This document shows positions 39,059-48,231 of a DNA stretch of 64,000 nt, piece by piece. A program made the translations under genes and the position numbers. The DNA comes from Phycisphaerae bacterium. Its GTDB lineage: Bacteria; Planctomycetota; Phycisphaerae; UBA1845. The DNA is taken from contig CAXXGO010000001.1 in assembly GCA_963666835.2 (NCBI GenBank), positions 320,001-384,000 of the forward strand, written 5' to 3'. Within the stretch, counting starts at the first letter, position 1. Each line of letters opens with the position of its first letter. The notes beneath the pieces are model-generated. The model searched no databases and was not told the DNA's origin. It saw only the letters and a program-made list of their open reading frames with translations.

Positions 39059-41019
39059 CGTTGTTCTCCGTTGGCGACCCCGGACAGCGCCGGGCTGACG
39101 TTCCCCTCTGCCTTCTTACAGGGGAATTTGATGGTGAAAGTCGTCCCTTCTCCGATTTTGCTCGAGACCGAAATGCTCCCGCCGTGTTCTTCAACGATCC
39201 GATATACGATTGCCAACCCCAACCCCGTTCCGCCGCGGGCTCGCTTGGTGGTGAAGAAGGGGTCGAAGACCTGCTTGATCGTCCGCTCGCTCATCCCGGA
39301 TCCGTTGTCGCGGACTCGCACGACTACCCCGGCATCATCGCGACTGGTGATCACCTCGATCAAGCCCCGGCGATCCTCGGGGATAGCCTGTCCCGCGTTG
39401 ATTATCAGGTTGATCAGGATCTGCTCGATCTTCTGCACGTTCCCCTGGAACTCCGGCAAATCCTCCGCCAGCTCCACCTCGACGTCCGCGGTTTTGTGGA
39501 TCTGGTTATGAGCCAGGCGAACGCTCTCTCTGATTACCGCGTTAAGATCGACTCTGTCGATCAGCAGCCCTTCGTCCCGGCGGGCAAAACGTTTCAACCC
39601 TTCGACAATACCCTTGATGCGTTCGGAACCATTGGCCATGTCATCGATGAGGGTGGTGATGTGCTGGCGGAAGAAGCTGTAATCGAGCCGGGCGATCTTC
39701 AGGTCGGGATGGTCTTCGTAATAGGCGTCGATCAGGGGCAGAATGTCGTCCATCGCCTGCCTGATTATCTTGACGTTGCCGCGGATGAACTGGTTGGGGT
39801 TGTTGATCTCGTGGCCGATTCCGCTGACAAGTTGCCCAAGTGACGCCAGCTTGTCAGCCTGCTGGAGCTGTTGCTCGTAGTTCTTCTGATCGGAGATGTC
39901 CCGATAGAATTCGATGATCCCGTCGACCTCGTGGTTCTTGCTGAAAATGGGCAGAGCGTGGACCTCGAAGAAACGATCGTCGTGCCTGATCTCCAGGCTG
40001 ATCGGCGTCTTTTGTTTCAGGATTCTCGCCAACCGGCAGTCGAGGCAAGGACGGTCGCCGTCGAAGAAGGTCTTATAGCACTTGTCCCCGGCGACGTACT
40101 TGTCGGTGTTGGTCATCAACACTTTGCGATCGCGGTCGATGATCGCCACCGTATCCGGGATGGCCTGGAAAATCGTCTCGAGCCGGGTCTTCGATTCCTG
40201 GAACCCCCGATTGATTCGGTCCATATACGAGTTGACCCGCTCGAGTTCCTCGCGTTCCTTTTTCAGTTCGTCTTGGCGCCTATCGATGTCCTCCCGCAGA
40301 TCCTTCCTCTCCAGAGCCCCGACCAGCATCCGGGCAATCTCGTCCATCATTCGTTGTTCTTCAGGCAGGAACTCTACGTCATTCGAATCATACGCCAACC
40401 AAATGCTGCCGCGGACCTGTCCTCCAACTACAAGATCAGTCGTGATGTACTCGACCGCATCGGGCTTTACGCCGTACTCGCGACCCTCGTAGACGCTGTA
40501 AACGAGCACATGCTCCGGGTAGTGCATGCCGTCACGCAAGTATCGGGGCAGGTGGGTCAGAAATTCGTCGATGGATTTCGACACCTCGACCCATTCCGCA
40601 ACGGCGTAGATGCACGCCAGTTCCTTCGCCCGCTCCAGCCTCTTCCAGTCATCTTTGTACGTCAGATTCTCCAGAGTTGTGAACCGGCTTCCCCACAGCA
40701 AAAAGAGCCGGCCGTTCTCCGTGTCTTCCATGACGGCCCTCAGCGGGATGGAAGGCCGGCCGGGACGCGTCTTCCAGATGATCAACTCCGGCCCGTCATT
40801 ATCCGCAAGTCTCTCTTTCGTGGTGCGGATGACATCAAGAGCGGCTTTTTCGAAGACCTCCTCGGCACGCCGCCCGGACCAATCCGGCTTTCCATCGCCG
40901 ACGGTCTCCTCCGCTAACGCCTCGCTCATGTGGGCGACTTCCCCGGCTTCGGTCAGGATCAAGAGGTAGTCGAAGCTCCTCTGAAACAGGCGGCAGGTGT
41001 CCGCGAAGGTAATGTTCAT
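39055..41019 (-). CDS. Cytoplasmic PAS-domain sensor histidine kinase
   Basis: GIGHEINNP, QILINLIINA, DNGSG, FDPFFTTK, GTGLGL; ATGA overlap with the regulator; no TM segment. Confidence 0.92.
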   Translation of the reverse strand: MNITFADTCRLFQRSFDYLLILTEAGEVAHMSEALAEETVGDGKPDWSGRRAEEVFEKAALDVIRTTKERLADNDGPELIIWKTRPGRPSIPLRAVMEDTENGRLFLLWGSRFTTLENLTYKDDWKRLERAKELACIYAVAEWVEVSKSIDEFLTHLPRYLRDGMHYPEHVLVYSVYEGREYGVKPDAVEYITTDLVVGGQVRGSIWLAYDSNDVEFLPEEQRMMDEIARMLVGALERKDLREDIDRRQDELKKEREELERVNSYMDRINRGFQESKTRLETIFQAIPDTVAIIDRDRKVLMTNTDKYVAGDKCYKTFFDGDRPCLDCRLARILKQKTPISLEIRHDDRFFEVHALPIFSKNHEVDGIIEFYRDISDQKNYEQQLQQADKLASLGQLVSGIGHEINNPNQFIRGNVKIIRQAMDDILPLIDAYYEDHPDLKIARLDYSFFRQHITTLIDDMANGSERIKGIVEGLKRFARRDEGLLIDRVDLNAVIRESVRLAHNQIHKTADVEVELAEDLPEFQGNVQKIEQILINLIINAGQAIPEDRRGLIEVITSRDDAGVVVRVRDNGSGMSERTIKQVFDPFFTTKRARGGTGLGLAIVYRIVEEHGGSISVSSKIGEGTTFTIKFPCKKAEGNVSPALSGVANGEQR

Positions 41020-41902
41020 CTCGGAGTCTCCACAACCCGCCCGCAAGTCGAACGGTGGCGGATTGGCTCTGGGGTGACTGCGGGGCCTCGAAGGAGCGGC
41101 AGAAGCGAATGCCTTGCCCCGGTTGGGCGAGAGAAAACGACTCCATGGGCCGATGCTCGGCGCGGACGACGTCGGTCGCGCGAGCTCATGATGGATACCC
41201 GGACTCGCCCAAGTGCGCCTTGGTCGTACAGTTGTCCGAAATCGCTCAACCGAAACCTCCTCCGCAGAAACTTTCAGAACCATCATACGGGAAAAGCCCG
41301 CCCGTTTCACGGTTCTTCGGACCGAAGACGAATTGCCTCAGCTAAAGTGTCTCTGCAGGCGAAAATGCGCAGTACCCGTTAGCCCGGAACGCCGATCACC
41401 CGCCCTGGGTTTCGTGAGCGATGTCGAATGCGATTCTCGGTTCGCGGGCTAGTCAGAGAAACGGCGCTGATGTTCTCCGAGCATCATCGAGCCACTTTCC
41501 GGCTCCATCATCTGTGCTGGGTTGATACATGTTTGCGCAATGGATGCGACGTTCTCTGACGAGTTGGTCAGCGAAGGCGGGCTGTCATCGTTCGCGCGGC
41601 AGACCGCTGAGTTGATCAGGCAACGGTCGACTCGGTGTGCGGTTGAAGGACGAATGCCTAAATGCTCAGGCGTGCGCGGTATGGCTGCCGACCTTTGGGG
41701 ATTGCACAACTGTCATATCTGAGGTTTCCTAATAACTTCTAGCGAGCGCACTCGTTCGGCATGCCATCCCAAAGGGATTATCTGTAGACTCATCAGCCTA
41801 CAAGGCGCGCGGTTTTGAAAGCCGCAAGCGCCCGTTGATCACCAAGATGCCCCTCTAATGCCACATATCCGACACTTCGGTTATATTCATCGTAGTTTTC
41901 TC

Positions 41903-41932
41903 TTGACGTGCGGATTATGATGGTGGTATAAG
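41903..41932 (+). promoter_or_regulatory. Putative sigma70 promoter of the protease gene
   Basis: TTGACG-N18-TATAAG with extended -10 TG, ~150 bp upstream of 42079. Confidence 0.5.
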
Positions 41933-42078
41933 CGGGTATCCGTTTGAGGACCGCGCACGTGGGCCCAGGGGTATGTCCAATCTTGAGCGCGCCAACCTCG
42001 CCGGACAAACCACGATACGGGTGGCATTCATGCCGGCACATGAAGTTCATTTCAGGATCTGCATAAAAGGAGAGAGTA

Positions 42079-45000
42079 ATGGGCGGGATTATTATGGCGA
42101 GAATGGGTGGGCGGTGTCCGTGGTATGGGGTTCCACACCGGAGAGTGGAAGTCTTGTTGCGAGGGATGGCGTTTCTTGTTGTGGTGGCGCTTATTGCATC
42201 ACCGGCGGCGGCCGACGAACAACGTGCTCCGCAGCCCTGCACGGAAGACGATGTGTCGATTGTCTGCGCGGTCGAGCCGCCACCGCCGGATGCGGAGATG
42301 TGTCTGCGAAGCGCGCTGCCGTTCTACCTTATGGACCTCGAACCGCAGCTGGCGGATCTTCAGTTGCCGCTAGACCCGGAGGATCCGGATCCTGCGACTC
42401 TGAGGTGGTACGATATCGCTACGCAGGAAGAGGGTGACATCCCGCCGGAGGTGGACGAGATCGATGAGACGTTCTTCGATGACGACATGGACGAAGCGGG
42501 GTGTCTGCCGGATGCCTGCGGGGAGCCGTCACGAATGGTATTCGGTCGCGACGACCGCGTGCGCGTTTGGAACACCCTGGCTTACCCCTGGCGGACAATA
42601 GGACGAATGGTAATGACGTTTCCCGGGGGTAGCACTGCTAGCTGCACCGGGGCGCTCGTTGGTCCCCGCCATGTGCTGACGGCCGGGCACTGCGTTCACA
42701 CTGGGGGAAAGGGAGGTTCGTGGGCGACATCGGTGAGTTTCTCGCCGGGGCAAAACGGCGCGGCCATGCCCTTCGGGACACACTTCGCATCGCTTCTGGT
42801 CACATTTCGGGGGTGGACGGATCGGCGATCCCGCAACCACGACATGGCGATATTGGTGTTCCCGGCATGGGACCGTCCCGGCGCCGCGGTTGGCTGGTTT
42901 GGCTACAGCACCGGCGGGGCGAGCGATGTGGGGCGGATCCGCAACATCTCCGGATATCCGGGCGATAAGCCTTGGGGAACACAATGGTGGCACGCCGGGA
43001 AGATCCACCATCGGACAACATACCTGTTGCGTTACCGAATCGACACGGCCGGCGGGCAGAGCGGCTCACCCGTCTGGCGATACACGGGGACCACCCTGGG
43101 GCGTTACATCCGGGCAGTTCACCGCGGCTGGGCCACGATCTGGCGATGGTTCAGATGGCGGAAATACAACGAAGGAGTGCGGATCACGCGCGGGAAGTTC
43201 AATGTCATCAGAAACCTGAAGACCGCTCATCCGTTCGCCGCGGATTCGCCCGGCTATCTGCCCGAGCCTTGCGATATGTGCGGACCGGACTGCAATCAGA
43301 ACGGTGTTCCGGACGAGTGCGATATCGACTGCGCTGGGTTGGGAGGGCTATGCGCAGACGCCCCGACCTGCGGAGGCAGCGCTGATGCAGACACGGATGG
43401 CGTTCCGGATGAATGCGCCAGTGCTTGCTGCCATGCGGATGGGAGCTGTACCATCGAACCCTCGGGGTGGCATTGCCTGGAAGCGGGCGGGGCATACGGC
43501 GGACTTGATTCCACGTGTGCGATATGCGTCGATGCCCCGGCGCCGGGGGCGTGCTGCGATCCGGATACGGGGGATTGCGCAGACGTATTCTCGTGGAATT
43601 GCGCAGGCGTGTTCCATTCTGGTGTCGATTGCAGCGCCGGGGTCTGCGACGTCGGGGCGTGCTGTTTTGGGGACGGCTCCTGCTCGCCTATGGACCCCGG
43701 AAGCTGCATGGACGAGTTTCTGGGCTTCGGTACAACCTGTGACCCGAACTGCTGTCTGCAGTCCAGCACGGGAGCGGATGACTGCGGAGGCGCGGTGGTT
43801 CACGCGATAGCGGTTCCGCCGCTGGGTGATCCTCCGATGAGCGTTACTGTGTCTGGTGACACCACGAATGCGGGATTGGCTCCCGAGACTTGTCCTGCCC
43901 TCGGCGAGGTGTGGTGGGAGGCGTTCTCTGTGGACGCAAATGCGGAGGTCACCGTCGACTTCTGCTGCAGTGATCCGCCGGCCAATGATGTGTCAATCTA
44001 CTTGGCCGAGGGCTGCCCCTGCGCGAATCTGATTGAGGCGGATGAGGCGCCGGACTTGGTCGGCTGTGGCGACGGCAACGGGTCTGTGAAGTTCACCGTG
44101 CCGGCCGGGACATACTACGTTCCGGTGCTGGTGGACCGGGACGAGAATGATGAGATCTTCGGGCATCCGTATCAAATGCATATCTTGGTAGCACATCCGT
44201 TTTACGCGGCGTGTTGTGAGATCGGGAGCGACACGTGCACGGTTACAGACCGAGCAACGTGTGAGGAGTACGGGTATTGGCTTGGCGGCGGTGACGTGCC
44301 CGTTGTGACATGTGCCGCCGACCCGTGTGTCATCGGCGCCTGTTGCATTGGTGACACCTGCGACGATGGACCGGCGTGCGACACGTTAGCGGAGTGCGAG
44401 ACGGTCTGTGGTGGGGTGTTTGTCGGGTATGGCACGTGCGCCGATGATGTATGCACTACCACAGCGAGCTGCGATTATTGTGATGGAAACCTCCGAACCG
44501 GCCCGCTGGTTTCGCCCAGTGACCGAAGTGTCAACCTGCGGGCGGCCGATGATCTCCAGCCGGCGGGTTCCACGATCAGTGCACTATGTTGGGTGGGCCG
44601 CTACGAAGACCTCGATGGCGTTCACGACTGCGGGGAAGACGCGGTGGATGACTTCGTCATACGATTCTATGACGACGCCGGCGGTATGCCGGGAGCGGAG
44701 ATCGGCCCTCCCGGCGGCCAGGCGGTTACCGTTGCCAAAAAGGCGGCGGTGCCGAGTCTGATGGGCGACTGGTTGTACAACGCATCACTCGATGTTCCGC
44801 TTAGTGTGGATCCGGGGAACTGTTATTGGATGGAGATCACGAATGATCTGCAGGTCGGTACGGAGTGTGTCTGGGTGTGGGCAAGTTCCGCCTCGGCCGC
44901 CAACAAATTCAGCCTTCGTGACGCCGACGGTTCCTGGGAAGCCGAGGACGCGGTCGCGCACGACTTGGCCTTCTGTATCGACTGCGGGCTGGACAGTCTG

Positions 45001-46221
45001 GGCTGCGGTGACTTTCTCGGCCATTGTTGTACTTGTTCGGCCTGTCAGGAGAACACGACTCTGATTGAATGCACGTTGACTTACGGCGGGCAGTGGGATC
45101 CGGCGAACGACTGTGGCGGGGCGAGCTGTCCGACCGCGGCGGCCAACGATGACTGCCTCGACGCGATTGACGTTGTGGGAGATCTGGAATCCGGAGTCAG
45201 TATCGCCTTCGACAACCGGTGCGCAACTCGCGACGGGGCGGAAGGAAGTTGCCCGGAGTCGGGCGTCAACTTCACCGGCGATGTCTGGTTCAATTGTTAC
45301 GTCCCGGACAGTGGATTACTCACGGTGTCACAGTGCGACGCCGATTACGACGGCATGCTGGCCGTGTATGGCCCGTTCGGGGACTGCGATGACGCGTGCC
45401 TTACTGTGGAACCCGGATGCCCGCTCGTTGATGATGACATTATCCTCGGATGCGATGACGACGGGTGTTGCAGCGGTTCCGCGATGTGCGGTGGTACGCT
45501 GGCGGACATTCCCGTCGAGGCCGGGGGCTGCTACAAGATCCGGGTGGGCGGTCGAAGCGACCGCGGACGCCCAGGGGGACACGGTACGGTTAGTGTGTCT
45601 CTTGCGCCCGGTCCCCCCCTTCTGGCGCCGGTTCAGGCGCCCCCGCCGGAGGACTGCGTGAAGAACCGGTATATCTCGATTATGTCAGGCAATCCTGGAG
45701 TCGCAGTGGGATTGGAGGTCATGGTCGCTTCCAGTTTGTATTTCCCGGGTTCGGTGGGCGAGACCAAATACGTCGGCGCCATTAACGCTGCCGGCTACTA
45801 TCCGTTGGTTGCTACGCCGAACGTGCAGGTCTGGCCCAACAGCCCGCTGCACGTTTTCGACTGTATGATCCATCCGGCGGCGACTTTCGACGTGCGGGCG
45901 ACCGACGGGATGGGCGTCTTCTCGCCGCCTCTCGTGATCGCCACGATACCAAAGCCGGGCGCGAAGTTCTTCGGAGATTGCGTCGGTCCTTTCATCGGGA
46001 CCTGGTCGTGCCCGGACGGAGTCACGAGCGTCTCCGATATCATGGCCGCTCTGCAGCTGTTTGCGACTGCACCGACCGCTCCGCCGGTTCACTGGGCAGA
46101 CATTCACGATGCGGGGCCGAACAACATCGTTACTATGTCGGACGTCCTGTTGCTGGTGAATGCGTTCAAGGGCGACCCCTACCCGTACAATCCGGGTACT
46201 CCAGCTATTCCGTGTCTGTAG
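42079..46221 (+). CDS. Large secreted V8/trypsin-like serine protease with Cys-rich repeats and dockerin-like tail
   Basis: Signal peptide, VFGRDDR, YPWRTIG, LTAGHC, HDMA, GQSGSP; DCNQNGVPDECD, several GACC modules, ANDDC module. Confidence 0.9.
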   Translation: MGGIIMARMGGRCPWYGVPHRRVEVLLRGMAFLVVVALIASPAAADEQRAPQPCTEDDVSIVCAVEPPPPDAEMCLRSALPFYLMDLEPQLADLQLPLDPEDPDPATLRWYDIATQEEGDIPPEVDEIDETFFDDDMDEAGCLPDACGEPSRMVFGRDDRVRVWNTLAYPWRTIGRMVMTFPGGSTASCTGALVGPRHVLTAGHCVHTGGKGGSWATSVSFSPGQNGAAMPFGTHFASLLVTFRGWTDRRSRNHDMAILVFPAWDRPGAAVGWFGYSTGGASDVGRIRNISGYPGDKPWGTQWWHAGKIHHRTTYLLRYRIDTAGGQSGSPVWRYTGTTLGRYIRAVHRGWATIWRWFRWRKYNEGVRITRGKFNVIRNLKTAHPFAADSPGYLPEPCDMCGPDCNQNGVPDECDIDCAGLGGLCADAPTCGGSADADTDGVPDECASACCHADGSCTIEPSGWHCLEAGGAYGGLDSTCAICVDAPAPGACCDPDTGDCADVFSWNCAGVFHSGVDCSAGVCDVGACCFGDGSCSPMDPGSCMDEFLGFGTTCDPNCCLQSSTGADDCGGAVVHAIAVPPLGDPPMSVTVSGDTTNAGLAPETCPALGEVWWEAFSVDANAEVTVDFCCSDPPANDVSIYLAEGCPCANLIEADEAPDLVGCGDGNGSVKFTVPAGTYYVPVLVDRDENDEIFGHPYQMHILVAHPFYAACCEIGSDTCTVTDRATCEEYGYWLGGGDVPVVTCAADPCVIGACCIGDTCDDGPACDTLAECETVCGGVFVGYGTCADDVCTTTASCDYCDGNLRTGPLVSPSDRSVNLRAADDLQPAGSTISALCWVGRYEDLDGVHDCGEDAVDDFVIRFYDDAGGMPGAEIGPPGGQAVTVAKKAAVPSLMGDWLYNASLDVPLSVDPGNCYWMEITNDLQVGTECVWVWASSASAANKFSLRDADGSWEAEDAVAHDLAFCIDCGLDSLGCGDFLGHCCTCSACQENTTLIECTLTYGGQWDPANDCGGASCPTAAANDDCLDAIDVVGDLESGVSIAFDNRCATRDGAEGSCPESGVNFTGDVWFNCYVPDSGLLTVSQCDADYDGMLAVYGPFGDCDDACLTVEPGCPLVDDDIILGCDDDGCCSGSAMCGGTLADIPVEAGGCYKIRVGGRSDRGRPGGHGTVSVSLAPGPPLLAPVQAPPPEDCVKNRYISIMSGNPGVAVGLEVMVASSLYFPGSVGETKYVGAINAAGYYPLVATPNVQVWPNSPLHVFDCMIHPAATFDVRATDGMGVFSPPLVIATIPKPGAKFFGDCVGPFIGTWSCPDGVTSVSDIMAALQLFATAPTAPPVHWADIHDAGPNNIVTMSDVLLLVNAFKGDPYPYNPGTPAIPCL

Positions 46222-46243
46222 AGAAGCCGGTCCTTGACCACTG

Positions 46244-46280
46244 GGGCACTCGGCGGTCGGACCGCGGCCTCCGGGTGCCC
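46244..46280 (+). terminator. GC-rich hairpin after the protease gene
   Basis: GGGCACTCGG..CCGGGTGCCC stem; weak U-tract. Confidence 0.35.
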
Positions 46281-46441
46281 TTCGTGGTGTTCCTAAGAGG
46301 GGCGGTGGGCGGTGTCGTCTGCCCGAATCTCGTCGTTTCGGAGTATCTGGTCGTTAGTCATGTTTGGTTCTGCTGTCCTGTTTTTGTCGCGGCAACTGCT
46401 CGAGGTTGTTTTGCGGATGTCGGAATGAAAGGAGCCGCATT

Positions 46442-46630
46442 ATGTTAGGTAAGTCAGTTGTAGCGTCTATCGTCTGCCTGTCTGTCGCGGTTAACGTAGA
46501 CGCAGACCAGTTTCCGAATGGTCCAGGTGATCCCAGTTGTCCGGACGACTTAAGGCAAAATCGCAAAATAGGCAAAATCGGGACTAAAATCGTGGACAGC
46601 CACCTATTTATCAAAATCTATAAAATCTAA
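46442..46630 (+). pseudogene. Probable 5' remnant of a secreted-protein gene running into the stutter array
   Basis: AAGGAG RBS, signal peptide MLGKSVVASIVCLSVAVNVDA, ~17 further codons, then repeat-derived sequence. Confidence 0.5.
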
Positions 46631-46666
46631 AATCGACTAAAATCGGGGACAGCCACCTATTAAAAT
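46557..46666 (+). repeat. Stutter array 1, left part (5'-anchored truncated copies of AAAATCGGGGACAGCCACCTATTTATT)
   Basis: Unit starts at 46557, 46565, 46574, 46586, 46613, 46622, 46629, 46639, 46662; continues at 48211-48231 and 49711-49754. Confidence 0.85.
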
Positions 46667-48210
46667 GGTTCTTCCGCCGAATCTGTGGAAGGATTTCATA
46701 GGTTGAGGTAATCCTCGGCCTCCGGCTCGGGAGCTGTCCGGGGCGGCCCCTTCCGCACCGTCCCCCTCGGCGTCGGCCCTAGTCGGGTGAGACCGACGCC
46801 GAGGGTGACGGAGCTACAGGGGCCTGGAGGCAGCGTTTGGTTTACGTGATGGAACGGGCAGAGGCCGGCTTGTGTCCGGGACAAAAGAAGTGCATCGTTC
46901 GAGAATCCGGTAAATTGGTGTTTGCGAAGACATCAACCCGGAGAAAACGAACGATGCAAGTGAAGACCATCCTCAATCGCGTCCACAAAGTCAAGGGCTT
47001 CGTCTACGGAGACGTTCGATTCCGTGATTCGGATCCCATGACGCTGGAAGTCGAAATCCGGCCGCGACGCGGCAGCCGTCCGTTCTGCTCGGGTTGCGGC
47101 CGCCGAGGCAAGGCCTACGACCGAATGCCGAGACGATCGTTCTCGTTCATTCCGCTGTGGGCCTTGCCGGTTGTGATGCTCTACGCACCCCGCCGCGTCA
47201 AGTGCGAGGATTGCGGCGTGAAGGTCGAACTGTTGCCTTGGGCGGACGGTAAGAAGCGAATCACCAACGCTCACGCGCTGTTCCTCGCTCGGTGGGCGCG
47301 CCGCCTGAGTTGGAAAGAGGTGGCCACGGTGTTCAAGACCAGCTGGGACACGGTCTACCGCTCGGTTGCCTGGGTCGTCGAATACGGCCTGAAACACCGG
47401 GATTTGGACAACGTCGCCGCCATCGGCGTCGATGAGATTCAGTTCCAAAAAGGACATCGGTATCTGACGTTGGTCTACCAGGTTGAGAACTCGTGCCGGC
47501 GTCTGCTGTGGATCGGGCAGGATCGCACCGCCAAGAGCTTCCTGCGTTTCTTTCGCATGATGGGCAAGCCGCGATCAGCCGGAATCCGTTACGTCTGCAG
47601 CGATATGTGGCAGCCCTACCTGCGCGTGATCCGGAAGAAGATCCCCGACGCGATTCACATTCTGGATCGGTTCCACATCGTGGCCAGGCTGAACAAGGCG
47701 GTTGACGAGGTCCGGGCGGCCGAGGCGAAGGAACTGGCACGCGAAGGTTTCGACCCGGTGCTGAAGCACAGCCGGTGGTGCCTGCTGAAGCGTCCCGCGA
47801 ACCTGACGAACAAACAGGGAGCCAAGCTCAGCGAACTGATGCGATACAACCTCAAGAGCATCCGGGCCTACCTGCTCAAGGACAGCTTCCAGGCGCTCTG
47901 GGATTACGAGTCATACCACTGGGCAGGACGATTTCTGAAGGGGTGGATTCAACGGGCCATGCGCAGCCGGCTTGAACCGATTAAGAAAGTCGCGCGCAGT
48001 CTGCGTGCTCATGAGAACCTGATCTTGAATTGGTTTGCGGCGAGAAAGCAGTATTCGTCCGGGATCGTGGAGGGACTCAACAACAAGGTCAAACTGACCA
48101 TCAGAAGAGCCTACGGCTTTCGAGAGCTAAAGGCCGCGGAAGTCGCCCTATATCACGCACTTGGCAAACTACCCGAACCGAAAATCCACCACAAATTCTG
48201 CTGAGGAGGC
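46667..48210 (+). mobile_element. ISL3-family insertion sequence (1544 bp)
   Basis: Imperfect TIR GGTTCTTCCGCCGAATCTGTGG / CCACAAATTCTGCTGAGGAGGC; 8-bp target duplication ATTAAAAT (46659-46666, 48211-48218). Confidence 0.92.
46954..48204 (+). CDS. ISL3 family transposase
   Basis: Zn finger CSGC..CEDC, IGVDE, CSDMW, DRFHIV, EGLNNKVK..RRAYGFR. Confidence 0.95.
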   Translation: MQVKTILNRVHKVKGFVYGDVRFRDSDPMTLEVEIRPRRGSRPFCSGCGRRGKAYDRMPRRSFSFIPLWALPVVMLYAPRRVKCEDCGVKVELLPWADGKKRITNAHALFLARWARRLSWKEVATVFKTSWDTVYRSVAWVVEYGLKHRDLDNVAAIGVDEIQFQKGHRYLTLVYQVENSCRRLLWIGQDRTAKSFLRFFRMMGKPRSAGIRYVCSDMWQPYLRVIRKKIPDAIHILDRFHIVARLNKAVDEVRAAEAKELAREGFDPVLKHSRWCLLKRPANLTNKQGAKLSELMRYNLKSIRAYLLKDSFQALWDYESYHWAGRFLKGWIQRAMRSRLEPIKKVARSLRAHENLILNWFAARKQYSSGIVEGLNNKVKLTIRRAYGFRELKAAEVALYHALGKLPEPKIHHKFC

Positions 48211-48231
48211 ATTAAAATCGGGGACAGCCAC

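Noticed and set aside
41330..41880. Small ORFs or an ncRNA in the kinase-protease intergenic region
   Set aside because: No recognisable motif, RBS-supported ORF or known RNA structure
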